Positions 30,208 to 39,244 are shown, counted from the stretch's first letter. The stretch: 64,000 nt of DNA from Bacilli bacterium (GCA_045631885.1 JAZQVN010000035.1:262-64261), one strand, 5' to 3'. Program-made: numbers and translations. The notes: generated by a model from the sequence alone, not told the origin.

Positions 30208-30593
30208 TATCCAACCCTCACATCCATATCGTTATTAGAGTTACCACCTTCAATAACGACATACACTGCGTTATACGCACAAATAATTGGTCTATTAGTT
30301 TCATAGACATAGCCCATATTGACGCAATCATGATGTGGACAATTAGATTCGACAATCGCGACTCCGCCATCATGGGTTTTAATATGAACTTTGCCTTTTA
30401 ATCCATCGATATAATAATCAGCGTCTTCTTTATTTGATAAATCGATTGTTTCAGCAACTTCGTTTTGAACATATACTTTGGCCACTAAATCAGTTTTCAC
30501 TCTGAAAGCTAAAACCAACACTAAAGAAACTACCGCTACTAAAAGTAAAGAGGCAATAAGGATAATATCGTTTCTTAATCTCTTCCTATCCAT
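30207..30593 (-). CDS. NusG-domain-II-like small membrane-anchored protein
   Basis: 128 aa. N-terminal TM followed by KVHIKTHDGGVAIVESNCPHHDC. Confidence 0.45.
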   Translation of the reverse strand: MDRKRLRNDIILIASLLLVAVVSLVLVLAFRVKTDLVAKVYVQNEVAETIDLSNKEDADYYIDGLKGKVHIKTHDGGVAIVESNCPHHDCVNMGYVYETNRPIICAYNAVYVVIEGGNSNNDMDVRVG

Positions 30594-31555
30594 TAGTACT
30601 TATTGACCTCAATATCTTCGTTTTGATAAATAATCAAGCCGTCTTTAACGACAATTGTTTTTAAATTATATGTTTCTTCAAGTTCTTTAATCTCATCGAC
30701 TGCATTCATCATCATTGATGTTGACATTGCATCGCCAAAATAGCCTTCTTCAGAAATAACCACTACCGCATCATTCAAACTTACCGCACTGCCAGTTACT
30801 GGATTTACAATGTGTGAGTAGGTTACTCCATCAATTGTTTTACCTTGCTTATATATACCAGATGTAGAAATAAAACAATCTTTGATTTTTAAATAATATT
30901 TATCGATACATATCTCGCTTAAATCGACATTGAAATGCCCATCTTCAGTATTCTTTTTGCCTAGTAAAATAGATGACATTCCTCCGTCTATGAGGCAACG
31001 TTTAATGTCATGTTCTTTAAGGTATTCTTGTGCCCTATCTAATGCATATCCTTTAACTATTCCACCAAGGTCGATTTCAGCCTCTCCAACTCTTTGAACT
31101 ATATTGTTATCTTTAAAGAGCAAACTGCTGTTTTGAATCTTAGTTAATTCTTCATTTACGATATTTTCATCGAGGATTTGCCCGTTATTTAAAGATTCTT
31201 TCCATTTTTTTGAAAGAGATCCACACATGATATTATAGTTAGATGCACCATTATCTTTGACTTCATAAGCAACCTTTAAAAGATCGTATAAATCTTCATC
31301 GATTTGGATTTCGTCATTAGTCTCATTTATTGAATAAACATTAGTGATATTTCTTTTTAAATAATTGTCTGATAAGGCATCGTAACGATTAAAAATATCA
31401 GTGAGATTTTTTAAATCGGTTTCTTCCCCTTCGTATAATCTGATGTTCACATATGAATCAAAAGGAAAAATCCTCTTTTCGAGGACAGAAGGACTTTGAT
31501 TACAAGCAGATATGAAGGTTATTAATGCCAAAGGCAATATTTTTTTAATTTTCAT
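30593..31555 (-). CDS. apbE: FAD:protein FMN transferase ApbE, lipoprotein
   Basis: 320 aa. Lipobox LITFISAC. ApbE-like DLGGIVKGYALD and a C-terminal GDAMSTS. Confidence 0.8.
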   Translation of the reverse strand: MKIKKILPLALITFISACNQSPSVLEKRIFPFDSYVNIRLYEGEETDLKNLTDIFNRYDALSDNYLKRNITNVYSINETNDEIQIDEDLYDLLKVAYEVKDNGASNYNIMCGSLSKKWKESLNNGQILDENIVNEELTKIQNSSLLFKDNNIVQRVGEAEIDLGGIVKGYALDRAQEYLKEHDIKRCLIDGGMSSILLGKKNTEDGHFNVDLSEICIDKYYLKIKDCFISTSGIYKQGKTIDGVTYSHIVNPVTGSAVSLNDAVVVISEEGYFGDAMSTSMMMNAVDEIKELEETYNLKTIVVKDGLIIYQNEDIEVNKY

Positions 31556-31557
31556 AT

Positions 31558-31875
31558 TTATAGATGGGCTTTAACTTTAGTGCCATCTTCATTTGGATGT
31601 TGATCCAAGTATTCGATAATTGGTTTAAAGTTAAGGTCTTCTTTTCCCGGTTTGCATTTTCTTAAGTTTTCTTCTTTACCAGCGATAATTGCTTCCGCCA
31701 TTGCTTTACAGCCAGCATAACCACAGCTACCACAATTATAATTTGGTAATCTCTTTGCGACTTCTTCAATTCTTTCATCTTCTTTAACATGGAGAATCTT
31801 CGCGGCGATAGCTAAACCAAGACCAAATAATAAGCCTAAACCCAATAAGATAAGAATAGCCCATAAAATTTCCAT
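31558..31875 (-). CDS. rnfB: RnfB-like protein consisting of the N-terminal TM helix plus Fe-S domain only
   Basis: 105 aa. A TM helix, then CGSCGYAGCKAMAEA...C (the RnfB N-terminal Cys4 cluster), with no ferredoxin CxxCxxCxxxCP repeats. Confidence 0.55.
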   Translation of the reverse strand: MEILWAILILLGLGLLFGLGLAIAAKILHVKEDERIEEVAKRLPNYNCGSCGYAGCKAMAEAIIAGKEENLRKCKPGKEDLNFKPIIEYLDQHPNEDGTKVKAHL

Positions 31876-32069
31876 TATTCTTTAGCCTCCCCTTTATAAA
31901 ACGAACATTCTGCATGAGAACATGAAGAACAATTTTCATCATTGATTTTGATATTTTCACATCCCTTAGGAACTGGAGTGCGTCTATATAAAACAAATGA
32001 AACGAGAAATACGATGAGTAAAATCACCAATATGGATATCGCAATGATTAAATAACCGACTTGACTCAT
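31875..32069 (-). CDS. Small TM protein with a C-x9-C-x2-C-x4-C cluster
   Basis: 64 aa. Hydrophobic helix followed by CENIKINDENCSSCSHAEC. Its stop codon and the ATG of the rnfB-like ORF overlap by 1 nt, and its ATG overlaps the rnfA stop (ATGA). Confidence 0.4.
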   Translation of the reverse strand: MSQVGYLIIAISILVILLIVFLVSFVLYRRTPVPKGCENIKINDENCSSCSHAECSFYKGEAKE

Positions 32070-32665
32070 AATGAAATACCTGAGAATAATCCTTGTAAAC
32101 CCATAAAGGCTAACGCCATTAAGGCCGCGGTAATTAAAGCGATTGGTAAACCTTTAAATGCTTTTGGTGTATTCGCGGATTCTAATCTTGTACGAACACA
32201 ACTAAAGACAACGATAATGGCAAAGAAGCCTAAAGATGTACCAATACCATTCGCTAATGCTTCAAGGAAGTTTAATCCTTGATCGGTATTACCTTGAGCG
32301 ACACCAAGAACTGCACAGTTCGTGGTAATTAATGGTAAATAAATACCCAAACTCTTATAAAGAGTTGGTGAGAATTTCTTAATGAATAAGCCCACTAATT
32401 GAACTAAAGAAGCAATAACTAAAATATAAGCCACTGTATCCATAAATGGGATACCAGCAGGAACTAAGATAAAGTTATATAATGGCCAACAAATTAATGT
32501 GGCTAAAACAATAACAAAGATAACGGCAAAGCCCATACCAATTGACGATTTAACTCTCTTAGAAACACCTAAGAATGGGCAAATACCATAGAATCTTGAT
32601 AAGACAACATTATCAATGAGCATACTAGAAGTAACGGCTAAAATAAACGCGACGAGCATTTGCAT
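32066..32665 (-). CDS. rnfA: Rnf electron transport complex subunit A
   Basis: 199 aa. Six-TM RnfA/NqrE-like protein. Confidence 0.85.
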   Translation of the reverse strand: MQMLVAFILAVTSSMLIDNVVLSRFYGICPFLGVSKRVKSSIGMGFAVIFVIVLATLICWPLYNFILVPAGIPFMDTVAYILVIASLVQLVGLFIKKFSPTLYKSLGIYLPLITTNCAVLGVAQGNTDQGLNFLEALANGIGTSLGFFAIIVVFSCVRTRLESANTPKAFKGLPIALITAALMALAFMGLQGLFSGISL

Positions 32666-33429
32666 TATTCTTTACCTCCTTCTGCTTTCGCTTTTGCAGC
32701 GGCAGCTTGTGCTTCTTGAGCTTTTCTAATCTTTTCTTGTCTTTCCAAATTGGCTTTTAATTCATCTTTTCTATTCTTAATGAAAGCGATGACCGCTAAG
32801 ATGAGAGCAAAGACAATAAATGCACCCGCTGGATTCTGGAATATCGCTATTTCATATCCAACTGGAATAATTCTTAATTTGAAATAAGGAATAAAGGTAA
32901 AGATTTTACCAAATGTAAATGTTCCACTACCGATGATTTCTCTAAATAAAGCCATTGACATAATGGCTAAGGTATAACCAACACCCATTCCTAAAGCATC
33001 GATAAACGAATCAAACGGTCCATTCTTACTCGCATACGCTTCCGCTCTACCTAAAACAATACAGTTAACGACAATTAATGAGATAAAGACTCCTAATGTT
33101 GAATAAAGTTCTGGTAAGAATGCATTAGTTAGCATCTTCACGATAGTAACGAATGTCGCGATGATAACGATATATGATGGGGTTCTAATTTCTTCAGGAA
33201 TTAATTTTCTTAACAAGGAAACGATGACATTAGAGCAAATCAAAACAATGGTGAATAATAAGCCCATACCTAAAGCGGCCTCTAACGTTTTGGTGGTCGC
33301 TAAAGCTGGGCAAGTACCGAGAATAGACACGAATAATGGATTCTCGTTAACTATACCCTTGAGGAAGTTCTTTTTGGTGTAACCTTTTTCTCTACTCATA
33401 TCACCAACTCCAATATTCCTCGGCGGCAT
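32665..33429 (-). CDS. rnfE: Rnf complex subunit E
   Basis: 254 aa. RnfE/NqrD-like, with a C-terminal Ala/Lys-rich tail. Confidence 0.85.
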   Translation of the reverse strand: MPPRNIGVGDMSREKGYTKKNFLKGIVNENPLFVSILGTCPALATTKTLEAALGMGLLFTIVLICSNVIVSLLRKLIPEEIRTPSYIVIIATFVTIVKMLTNAFLPELYSTLGVFISLIVVNCIVLGRAEAYASKNGPFDSFIDALGMGVGYTLAIMSMALFREIIGSGTFTFGKIFTFIPYFKLRIIPVGYEIAIFQNPAGAFIVFALILAVIAFIKNRKDELKANLERQEKIRKAQEAQAAAAKAKAEGGKE

Positions 33430-33946
33430 CTTTCGCCTCGTTAACCATATCTCTAATTAGTTTTGCTCCATAAGTCGCTCCACAAGAGACATCGTTTAAA
33501 TCTCTACTTCCTTCATTAAGTGGATCGATATAATTCTCTTCTAACGCAGCGGCATATGTCTGCTCATTAACCACTACTGATAAGCCAGTGAAGCCATGAC
33601 TTTCAACATCAAAGCCAACGATAAGAGAGATTTTTCCATACATATTTGAACCACTTGTTTTGAACGCTAATCCAAAAGCAGAAGTAATAGTTTCGTCATA
33701 TATTTTATAGGCTGTTTGGACGTACTTATAATCTTCAGAAACATCCAATTCTTCATAATCTACGCGGTTTTTGCCGTAAATTTCGCACATTCCCGCGCCA
33801 ATTTTCATTTTTTCATTTTGGGCAATTTTCTCTTTAGTGACTAAGTTTGTTAAGCCAATTAAAGCACCACTAGCGGCAGCGACTAAACCCAAAGTGATAG
33901 AGGTAATAATATAATGTTTTTTATTAGCCATTATAGGTACCTCCAT
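33401..33946 (-). CDS. rnfG: Rnf complex subunit G (FMN-binding)
   Basis: 181 aa. N-terminal TM plus an FMN-bind-like domain. Confidence 0.75.
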   Translation of the reverse strand: MEVPIMANKKHYIITSITLGLVAAASGALIGLTNLVTKEKIAQNEKMKIGAGMCEIYGKNRVDYEELDVSEDYKYVQTAYKIYDETITSAFGLAFKTSGSNMYGKISLIVGFDVESHGFTGLSVVVNEQTYAAALEENYIDPLNEGSRDLNDVSCGATYGAKLIRDMVNEAKDAAEEYWSW

Positions 33947-35045
33947 AGAATATTGCTAAGAAAGTAATTAGCCCTGAGATAACAATAATTAATCCCATCG
34001 CTAAGAACTTCTTCCATGTATAACGTGGATTGCTCCATTCGTAGTGATCTAAAACAACCGCCATCATATTGGCAATTAAAATTGAATAGCCCATACCTTC
34101 TGGTAAGGCGGCAAATAAACGGATGAAGACTGTTACTACCGCGGCAATCATGCCATAAATATATCTCGATGGCGAGTTGATCGGGCTCGTTACTGGATCA
34201 GTGAGCATAAATGTCACGCCAAATAAAACACCACCGCTTAAGACATTGTATAGAACGAATAAGAACGGATTGACTTCGTTATTTAAACCATAGATTGATA
34301 ATCCTGCGATTAAACTTAAGAAAACAAATGTTCCTAAATAACCAACGACAATTCGATAATCAGCGCTTCTTCTCACTAATAAGTAAATTAAACCAATGAG
34401 AATAGTAATCTTATATACTTCACCTAAAGTTCCAGGAATTCTTCCTAAGAATAAATCTAGGATTGGATATTGAGTGATATTGGAATACATTCCTTCACTT
34501 AATAAACCGAGTGGAGTGGCGCCTGCAGCGACATCAGGAATTGTGTAGAACCAAGTATCAACATAAGTAACATACTGAGAACCAAAACAGAATTTAGCAA
34601 AAATCATGCCCACGACTGCGGGGTTAAAGATATTGCTTCCTAATCCACCAAACACTAATTTACCAAAAACAATGCCAACAAATGCTCCAACGATAACTGC
34701 GTAGATAGGTGCGCCTGCAGGCATAATTAAAGTAAAGATTGTCGCGGAGATAGACGCGGTCAATACATTATTCTTATTAAATTTACCTTTATAGGCATAA
34801 ATGAATTTTTCTTTAAATGTATGTTTTTGCCCATCTAAAGGCATCATATTTCTGAGTCCAACATAAACGAATTCAGAACCAATCATCACTAACATAGCTA
34901 CTGCGAAGAATAAAAGTGTATTAAGTGGATAAACGACAATAGAGAAAATAAGCGTTGGAGCAAGCGCGATTAAAACATCAATCATCATTCTACTGACGGT
35001 TGCTTTTCTTCTAAGATGTGGCGCGGTCTCTTTTGTAATTGTCAT
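33924..35045 (-). CDS. rnfD: Rnf complex subunit D
   Basis: 373 aa polytopic RnfD/NqrB-like protein. Confidence 0.85.
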   Translation of the reverse strand: MTITKETAPHLRRKATVSRMMIDVLIALAPTLIFSIVVYPLNTLLFFAVAMLVMIGSEFVYVGLRNMMPLDGQKHTFKEKFIYAYKGKFNKNNVLTASISATIFTLIMPAGAPIYAVIVGAFVGIVFGKLVFGGLGSNIFNPAVVGMIFAKFCFGSQYVTYVDTWFYTIPDVAAGATPLGLLSEGMYSNITQYPILDLFLGRIPGTLGEVYKITILIGLIYLLVRRSADYRIVVGYLGTFVFLSLIAGLSIYGLNNEVNPFLFVLYNVLSGGVLFGVTFMLTDPVTSPINSPSRYIYGMIAAVVTVFIRLFAALPEGMGYSILIANMMAVVLDHYEWSNPRYTWKKFLAMGLIIVISGLITFLAIFYGGTYNG

Positions 35046-36343
35046 AACTTCGCAATCATCTTTGCCTTTCTCACATAATCAGTCACTTGAATCTTTGATG
35101 TACAAGAATAGGCACAAAGTCCACATTCAATACATTTCAAAGGATTGAGAGCTTTGATTCTCTCTTTATCTAATGTTTTCACCGCGTTCATAATCTGCAC
35201 AGGTTCAAGATGAACTGGGCAAGATAAAACACAGCTTCCACACCTAATACACGGTTCTTCTTTATCAGTGTTCTTATCAAGAATAATAATAGAGGTCACG
35301 GTTTTAGTGATGATACAATCATCACTCGGGACAGAGGCCCCCATCATTGGACCACCTAAAATAAAGACTTTTTCTTTATCTGGGTTTTTATATCCCCCAC
35401 ACATTGGAATTAAATCTTTAATCGATGTTCCTACTCTCACTCTAAAGTTCTTTGGGAAATTGATACCATCACCAGTGATAGTCACAAATCTTTTGATAAC
35501 TGGCATATTGTATCTAATAGCCTTATAAATACCCACCATCGTGGAAACATTGAAATTAATAATTCCACGATTAGATGGCAATTCACCTGGTTTTAATTCA
35601 ATGCCTGTCGCTGATTTAATCATCGCCACTTCCCAACCTTGAGGATAGAAATTACCAACACAGCATAATTCAATACCGGAGCCAGCGTATTCTTTAATCA
35701 CTTGAGAATAAACCGCTTTGATATCGGTATATTTAGATTTGATACAAATCTTCGCGTGCTTACAGTTAAAAGCTTGCATCGTATATTTGATACCTTCCAT
35801 CACTCGATATGGGAATTCAAGCATTAAGCGATGGTCCGCGGAAATATATGGTTCACATTCAATACCGTTAACTAAAATCATATTAATTGGCTTATCGGTT
35901 TGGAACTTAATATAAGTTGGGAAAGAAGATCCACCTAAACCAACATTCGCTGTTTCTTTAATGATTTCAGTCATTTCTTCTTTAGTTAAAGCAGCGATTT
36001 GTTCCGGAGTTCTCACAAATACACCAGAATCTAATGTGTCTTTAAAATCATTTTCAATTTTGATGAAATCAGTTAATTTACCATTTCTATGATAATGTTT
36101 TTCTAAACCGACATATGTACCAGAACATGTCGCGTGAATTGGTTGTTCAAAAAATGGACCATGACGAACACCAATGACTTGGCAAGAATTAACATGGTCT
36201 CCTTCTTTGATAAAAAGATCCGCTTTTGGACAACGGGCATTTGCCACGGCAATATAAAGATATTGCGGTTTTGTGAATCTAATCGCAGGTAAAGAACCCA
36301 CCAACTTTTTGGTATCTTTGATATGATCAGTTTTTGCAATCAT
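35042..36343 (-). CDS. rnfC: Rnf complex subunit C
   Basis: 433 aa. Two ferredoxin-type motifs, CIRCGSCVLSCP and CIECGLCAYSCT, distinguish it from NqrA. Confidence 0.9.
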   Translation of the reverse strand: MIAKTDHIKDTKKLVGSLPAIRFTKPQYLYIAVANARCPKADLFIKEGDHVNSCQVIGVRHGPFFEQPIHATCSGTYVGLEKHYHRNGKLTDFIKIENDFKDTLDSGVFVRTPEQIAALTKEEMTEIIKETANVGLGGSSFPTYIKFQTDKPINMILVNGIECEPYISADHRLMLEFPYRVMEGIKYTMQAFNCKHAKICIKSKYTDIKAVYSQVIKEYAGSGIELCCVGNFYPQGWEVAMIKSATGIELKPGELPSNRGIINFNVSTMVGIYKAIRYNMPVIKRFVTITGDGINFPKNFRVRVGTSIKDLIPMCGGYKNPDKEKVFILGGPMMGASVPSDDCIITKTVTSIIILDKNTDKEEPCIRCGSCVLSCPVHLEPVQIMNAVKTLDKERIKALNPLKCIECGLCAYSCTSKIQVTDYVRKAKMIAKL

Positions 36344-36543
36344 AGAATTATTTTAACTTATGTAAAATAATAACAAAAGAGTTAAATGATATAGATTTAC
36401 CCGATGGTGACTTTTTTTCATTCTGTCTTTATCGCTAAAAGGCTGATGCAATCTTATCAACTGGTAGTTTTCATAGAAAAAGCACTAGTTAATTATTTCA
36501 ATCTTTCTTAACTAATACATAAATATATGCGAAAATTATATAA

Positions 36544-36783
36544 ATGATTGATGTTAGAAAAGAAGTATATAAAGAGATTAAAAATGTCATCGGTGACGAT
36601 GTCGATTTTAATGATGATTCTTTATTTAAAGAAGATTTAGGAATTGACTCATACAAAGCGGTCACTATTTTACTTAATCTCGACAAAAAGAAAATCGGTT
36701 TTAAAAGCGATAACTTACCTTCGATTAAAACAGTCAAAGACTTATTAGATTCATTAACTTTTTATGGAGCACAATCTCGTTAG
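36544..36783 (+). CDS. Stand-alone acyl/peptidyl carrier protein (phosphopantetheine-binding)
   Basis: 79 aa four-helix ACP pattern. FKEDLGIDSYKAVTILLNL carries the LGxDS phosphopantetheinylation site. The C-terminal helix TVKDLLDSL is also ACP-like. Confidence 0.7.
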   Translation: MIDVRKEVYKEIKNVIGDDVDFNDDSLFKEDLGIDSYKAVTILLNLDKKKIGFKSDNLPSIKTVKDLLDSLTFYGAQSR

Positions 36784-38089
36784 TTTAGTCATATCATCAA
36801 TTAATAAGAACTCTGATAAAGTTTTTATCATTAATAAAAATGTCGAATATACATATTCTAGATTTTTTGATGATGTCAAAAGAGTTTGCCCTCATTTAAG
36901 AAACGGAAGAATCCTTTTAAAAGCGGGCGATAAATATTATTACGCTTTATCTTTTATCGCTGGATTAATGATGCACTCAATGATGTTTTTATCAAATAAA
37001 GATTCCTCCATTTATGATGATTATAAATTTGATCAAATCATCGATGATGAATTCATTCAAAACGTTCTTGATAAAGGTGAAGAACCAATATCTATTGATA
37101 ATATCAATACTTCTATCGACGAAGATGACCCAATGATGGTTGTTTTATCTTCTGGAACATCACTTAAACCAAAGCCAATTGTTCTCTCCTATAAAGCGGT
37201 GAGAAAGAATATTGAATCAGGCTTAAGAATTCTTTATGTTGAATCTTCTTGGACATTTGTGTCCCTCTTACCTTTAGATCACGCATTCGGGATTACTAGC
37301 GACTTCCTAGATTTATTACTTTCTGGCGCGAAAGTTGTCTACTCATATTCTTTAATAGAATATTTCATGTATTTAAGAAAATATTCTCCAGATATGATTA
37401 GTATTCCAATCACCATCTTAAAAACACTTCAAGAGATGATGAAAGAACAAGGAAAAACCGCATTAGGAAATAACATCAAACAAATCCTTGTCGGTGGTTC
37501 TAAATGTTATAAAGAGATTATTGAATTCTTTAAAAAATATGACATCACTGTCTGCACATCATATGGTTTAACCGAATGTGCGCCTTGTGTATCAATCTGT
37601 TCACCAAAATACTTTATGTTAGAGTCTGATGGTAAAGTTTTAGATTGCCATCAAATTAGATTTTCTAAAGAAAATGAAATCATCGTTTCTGGTGAATCGA
37701 TCATGCTTAATTATTTAGATGAATATGATAAAGGAATTATCGCGACAGAAGTTCACACCAAAGATGTTGGATATATGAAAGATGGCTATTTATTTGTGAC
37801 AGGTAGATTAGATAATCTCATCGTCATGGATAACGGATTTAAAATCCAACCAGAGACATTTGAAAAAGACTTATTAATTAATAATCCTTATATAAAAGAA
37901 TGTGTGATTTATTATTTTGATAGCAAACTCAATTTAGATGTCGTCATGGATGAATCGTATTTAAAAGAATTAAGGAAGCAATTAGATTATTTAGATATCA
38001 ACATTAACATCGTTAATGAAATTAAGAAAAACGCACTAGGAAAAATATCGCGTATCTACTACAAAAATGGCAAAAAAGAAGAGAACTAA
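36764..38089 (+). CDS. ANL-superfamily adenylating enzyme (carrier-protein ligase; DltA/acyl-ACP-synthetase-like)
   Basis: 441 aa. A3 motif VVLSSGTSLKPKPIV, A5 motif TSYGLTE, A7/A8 motif GYLFVTGRLDNLIVMDNGFKIQPETFE, A10 motif KNALGKISR. Overlaps the carrier gene by 20 nt. Confidence 0.8.
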   Translation: MEHNLVSLVISSINKNSDKVFIINKNVEYTYSRFFDDVKRVCPHLRNGRILLKAGDKYYYALSFIAGLMMHSMMFLSNKDSSIYDDYKFDQIIDDEFIQNVLDKGEEPISIDNINTSIDEDDPMMVVLSSGTSLKPKPIVLSYKAVRKNIESGLRILYVESSWTFVSLLPLDHAFGITSDFLDLLLSGAKVVYSYSLIEYFMYLRKYSPDMISIPITILKTLQEMMKEQGKTALGNNIKQILVGGSKCYKEIIEFFKKYDITVCTSYGLTECAPCVSICSPKYFMLESDGKVLDCHQIRFSKENEIIVSGESIMLNYLDEYDKGIIATEVHTKDVGYMKDGYLFVTGRLDNLIVMDNGFKIQPETFEKDLLINNPYIKECVIYYFDSKLNLDVVMDESYLKELRKQLDYLDININIVNEIKKNALGKISRIYYKNGKKEEN

Positions 38090-38750
38090 AAGAGATACAT
38101 TTTTATTCAAAGTCATGAGAGTCATCTCTCGTCCTTTTGATCATAAACCAAAGTTTATCTTCACCACTCCTCTAGAAGAGCCGAGTATCATTATTTGTAA
38201 TCATAACCATCCTCGTGGCCCAACGAAATGGAGCTTTTATTTTCCAAGTGATAAATTCATGATGTGGGGAAATGGAAGATTATGCGGAGGCATAAAAGAA
38301 GTCTTCTTTGCTATTATCGATACAATGGTAAGAAACGGGACTAATAAAGTTCTCGCCACATTCTTCGCGATATTCGCCACTCCATTTATCAAACTAAGTT
38401 TTTCTCAAAGTCGTATTATCCCTGTTTATTACGATATGAGATTTTATCAAACCATCAAAATGAGTATTGAAGAGTATAAAGACGGCAATCACATCATCAT
38501 CTTCCCAGATAAAAAAGACATCAAATTCTCGTATAACATCACAGAAATCATGCCAGGATTTTTGATTTTAGCTCGTCAATTAAAGGAAGAAGGATATGAC
38601 CCATATATCGTTCCTTCTAAATCAAATAAGAAAAGAAAAAAGATTGTTTTAGATAAACCAATTCGATTAAGCGAAGTGGAAGCACAATATAAAAATGATG
38701 AAGAAATCTTAGAATTCTTCAAAAATAAAATCAACGGACTGATTGAATAA
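38067..38750 (+). CDS. Putative LPLAT/PlsC-like acyltransferase with a divergent motif I
   Basis: 227 aa. TPLEEPSIIICNHNHPRGP lies where the NHxxxxD block is expected. IIIFPDKKD resembles FPEGTR, and GYDPYIVPS resembles the VPIVPV block. Overlaps the ligase gene by 23 nt. Confidence 0.45.
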   Translation: MAKKKRTKRDTFLFKVMRVISRPFDHKPKFIFTTPLEEPSIIICNHNHPRGPTKWSFYFPSDKFMMWGNGRLCGGIKEVFFAIIDTMVRNGTNKVLATFFAIFATPFIKLSFSQSRIIPVYYDMRFYQTIKMSIEEYKDGNHIIIFPDKKDIKFSYNITEIMPGFLILARQLKEEGYDPYIVPSKSNKKRKKIVLDKPIRLSEVEAQYKNDEEILEFFKNKINGLIE

Positions 38751-38755
38751 ACATC

Positions 38756-38786
38756 CACCGGACAATCCGGTGGTTTTTCATAGTCG
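38756..38786 (+). terminator. Rho-independent terminator after the acyltransferase gene
   Basis: ccaccgga-caat-ccggtgg followed by ttttt. Confidence 0.6.
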
Positions 38787-38879
38787 GGCAGATATTAGCC
38801 CTCTATTACTAGCCGCCCTCCTCAAGGGCGAAATACGGACCATCGCTTGCTTTTGTCCTTAGCTACCCGTAAACGGGTC

Positions 38880-39050
38880 TCAGTCGAAGTCGATGGTCAA
38901 TTGCTTGAACTCGCAAAGCTTCCTTAGAATCTTTCCGATTTCAAGTCTTTTTTGTCCGAAGAACACTTGTCTTCGGTATTTCGGTGCAAACACGATGTGG
39001 TACTTACAGTTCCATACAGTGTGTGCTAAACTATACTCGTCTCGAGACAT
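38880..39050 (-). pseudogene. tnpA: Truncated IS200/IS605 Y1 transposase (TnpA), N-terminal about 56 aa only
   Basis: MSRDEYSLAHTVWNCKYHIVFAPKYRRQVFFGQKRLEIGKILRKLCEFKQLTIDFD followed by a stop. Matches the N-terminus of IS200 TnpA but ends before the HUH histidines and the catalytic Tyr. Confidence 0.65.
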
Positions 39051-39244
39051 ATTTCTCCTTTCATATTCAAGCGTTGGTCCGCATGAATATTGTAAGGAGA
39101 TTTTATTTTTGGGCAAAACTATAAGTTTTACCTCCACCCCAGACTATCTGGGGGTTTTAACTCGCTCAGCCTTTGCAGGACTGGCTCAGACAAGAAAAGC
39201 CTCGGTTTCCCAAGGCTTCTCATTTTAAAATATCTTTATCAGTA

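Noticed and set aside
31875-31875. Possibility that the 64-aa and 105-aa ORFs are one frameshifted rnfB
   Set aside because: Not rejected outright. Each ORF has its own TM helix and start codon, and the junction is a clean TAATG overlap rather than a homopolymer slip site, so I annotated them separately. A sequencing check is still recommended.
36498-36737. 79-aa minus-strand ORF
   Set aside because: Antisense to the carrier-protein gene, whose ACP motif pattern is far more convincing.
38880-39137. Full 85-aa tracked tnpA ORF (starting MEVKLIVLPKNK...)
   Set aside because: Only the portion from MSRDEYSLAHTVWN matches IS200 TnpA. The upstream 29 codons lack similarity and are most likely spurious. 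Even so, the protein ends before the HUH and Tyr motifs, hence it is called a pseudogene.
38893-39228. 111-aa plus-strand ORF
   Set aside because: Antisense to the IS200 tnpA remnant and running through the hairpin region. No motif.
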